This document shows positions 63,431 to 64,000 of a DNA stretch of 64,000 bases, in pieces. The notes under the pieces were generated by a model. That model was not told the DNA's origin, searched no databases, and saw nothing but the letters and a program-made list of their open reading frames with translations. Both the position numbers and the translations under genes were made by a program. Each line of letters begins with the position of its first letter. The first letter of the stretch is position 1. Source of the stretch: a bacterium. GTDB taxonomy: Bacteria > Patescibacteriota > Microgenomatia > Woykebacterales > RBG-16-39-9b. Where the stretch lies: positions 586,460-650,459 of the forward strand of contig JAUYID010000009.1 of NCBI GenBank assembly GCA_030704665.1, in the 5' to 3' direction.

Positions 63431-64000
63431 CTAAGGCAAAAAGGATTTAGCCCAGTTGAGTAGTTTTTTTGCTCCATCGAGAATGCTAGCGCCACGCATC
63501 AAAGGAACTGAAACTCCACTCGAGGAGGCCCCAAGTCTTTCTCCATAGAGGAGCAAACCAACCGTGGCCGCGTAAGCTGGGGTGGAAATCTCATCAACCA
63601 GTCCGGTCACTCCGGTTGGCTGCGCGATACGAACCGGCATCCGCAAAACTTCCTTCCCGACACCCGCAACTCCAACTGTTTCAGCCGCACCTCCGGTCAC
63701 CACCAGCCCAGCAGGAAGCAGTCCAGCATAACCAGAGCGCTTTATTTCCATACCAATAAGGGTAAAAATCTCTGTCAAACGTGGTTTGATGATTCCGTCC
63801 GTCAAAGTTTTTTTGGACAAAACACCCAGATCCTCGGTCAAACCAAGTTTGGAAACGTCCAGCACATCTTCTTTCCTGGTTTTTCCCTCCTCGTCTTCGT
63901 CGGCTTTTCTTTTAGTTTGGTTGGAGAGTTCAAGTTTGATTTTTTCAGCCGATTCCAAGCTACCACGCAAGCCAATCGCCAAGTCATTGGTGATGTTGCG
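63431..64000 (-). CDS. ftsA: cell division protein FtsA, C-terminal part; the 5' end lies beyond the window
   Basis: Actin-like ATPase C-terminal half (...GLLPAGLVVTGGAAETVGVAGVGKEVLRMPVRIAQP...). The frame is open to the window edge. Upstream of ftsZ as in the canonical ftsA-ftsZ order. Confidence 0.85.
   Translation of the reverse strand, partial: RNITNDLAIGLRGSLESAEKIKLELSNQTKRKADEDEEGKTRKEDVLDVSKLGLTEDLGVLSKKTLTDGIIKPRLTEIFTLIGMEIKRSGYAGLLPAGLVVTGGAAETVGVAGVGKEVLRMPVRIAQPTGVTGLVDEISTPAYAATVGLLLYGERLGASSSGVSVPLMRGASILDGAKKLLNWAKSFLP

Overview
This 64-kb window is a gene-dense bacterial chromosomal segment. Background GC is roughly 42-47% by eye, genes are short and tightly packed, and most content is housekeeping. 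The lineage cannot be determined from the sequence alone; the content is compatible with a small-genome, Gram-positive-like or CPR-like bacterium.

Recognisable content, in order:
- 3' end of the F1 ATP synthase operon (atpA partial, atpG, atpD, atpC).
- An FtsX-type ABC transporter.
- A nickel superoxide dismutase with its maturation peptidase (sodN/sodX).
- GH15 hydrolase, LmbE deacetylase, Maf, MsrB.
- A membrane pyrophosphatase (hppA).
- A SAM-I-like riboswitch with terminator upstream of metK.
- Two tandem paralogous membrane proteins plus a PEP-synthase-like protein.
- rnhB, rplS, polA (Klenow-like), gatC-gatA-[small ORF]-gatB.
- LemA, HtpX, PolX.
- pyrE/pyrF in a GC-rich island.
- NDH-2, a surface-glycan module (O-antigen ligase and flippase), lepB, parB, rplU/rpmA, ftsW, ileS, a KGG-repeat stress protein with a divergent MerR regulator, pyrG, and ftsZ/ftsA (partial).
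- Seven tRNA genes: Glu-TTC, Lys-TTT, Asp-GTC, Gly-CCC, Thr-CGT, Val-CAC, plus one degenerate tRNA-like remnant.

No rRNA, CRISPR array, integrase or transposase was seen.

Main second-look items:
1. A 1.9-kb AT-rich four-gene cassette (hypothetical, Dabb, S51 peptidase, standalone C39-like peptidase) bounded exactly by 20-24-nt direct repeats.
2. A second copy of the last 27 codons of hppA, 112 nt downstream of the gene, differing only by synonymous changes.
3. Partial copies of tRNA 5' portions just upstream of tRNA-Lys and tRNA-Gly that fold into long hairpins, plus a tRNA-like remnant beside tRNA-Asp.
4. A 540-nt ORF-free, repeat-rich structured region downstream of ftsZ.
5. Three GC-rich islands on the minus strand, including pyrE/pyrF and a lytic-transglycosylase-like gene next to an orphan ImmA/IrrE peptidase.
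6. A small ORF with an R-x4-H HEPN-like motif wedged inside gatCAB.
7. A PpsA-like protein that appears to lack the catalytic His and Cys, following two tandem paralogous membrane proteins.
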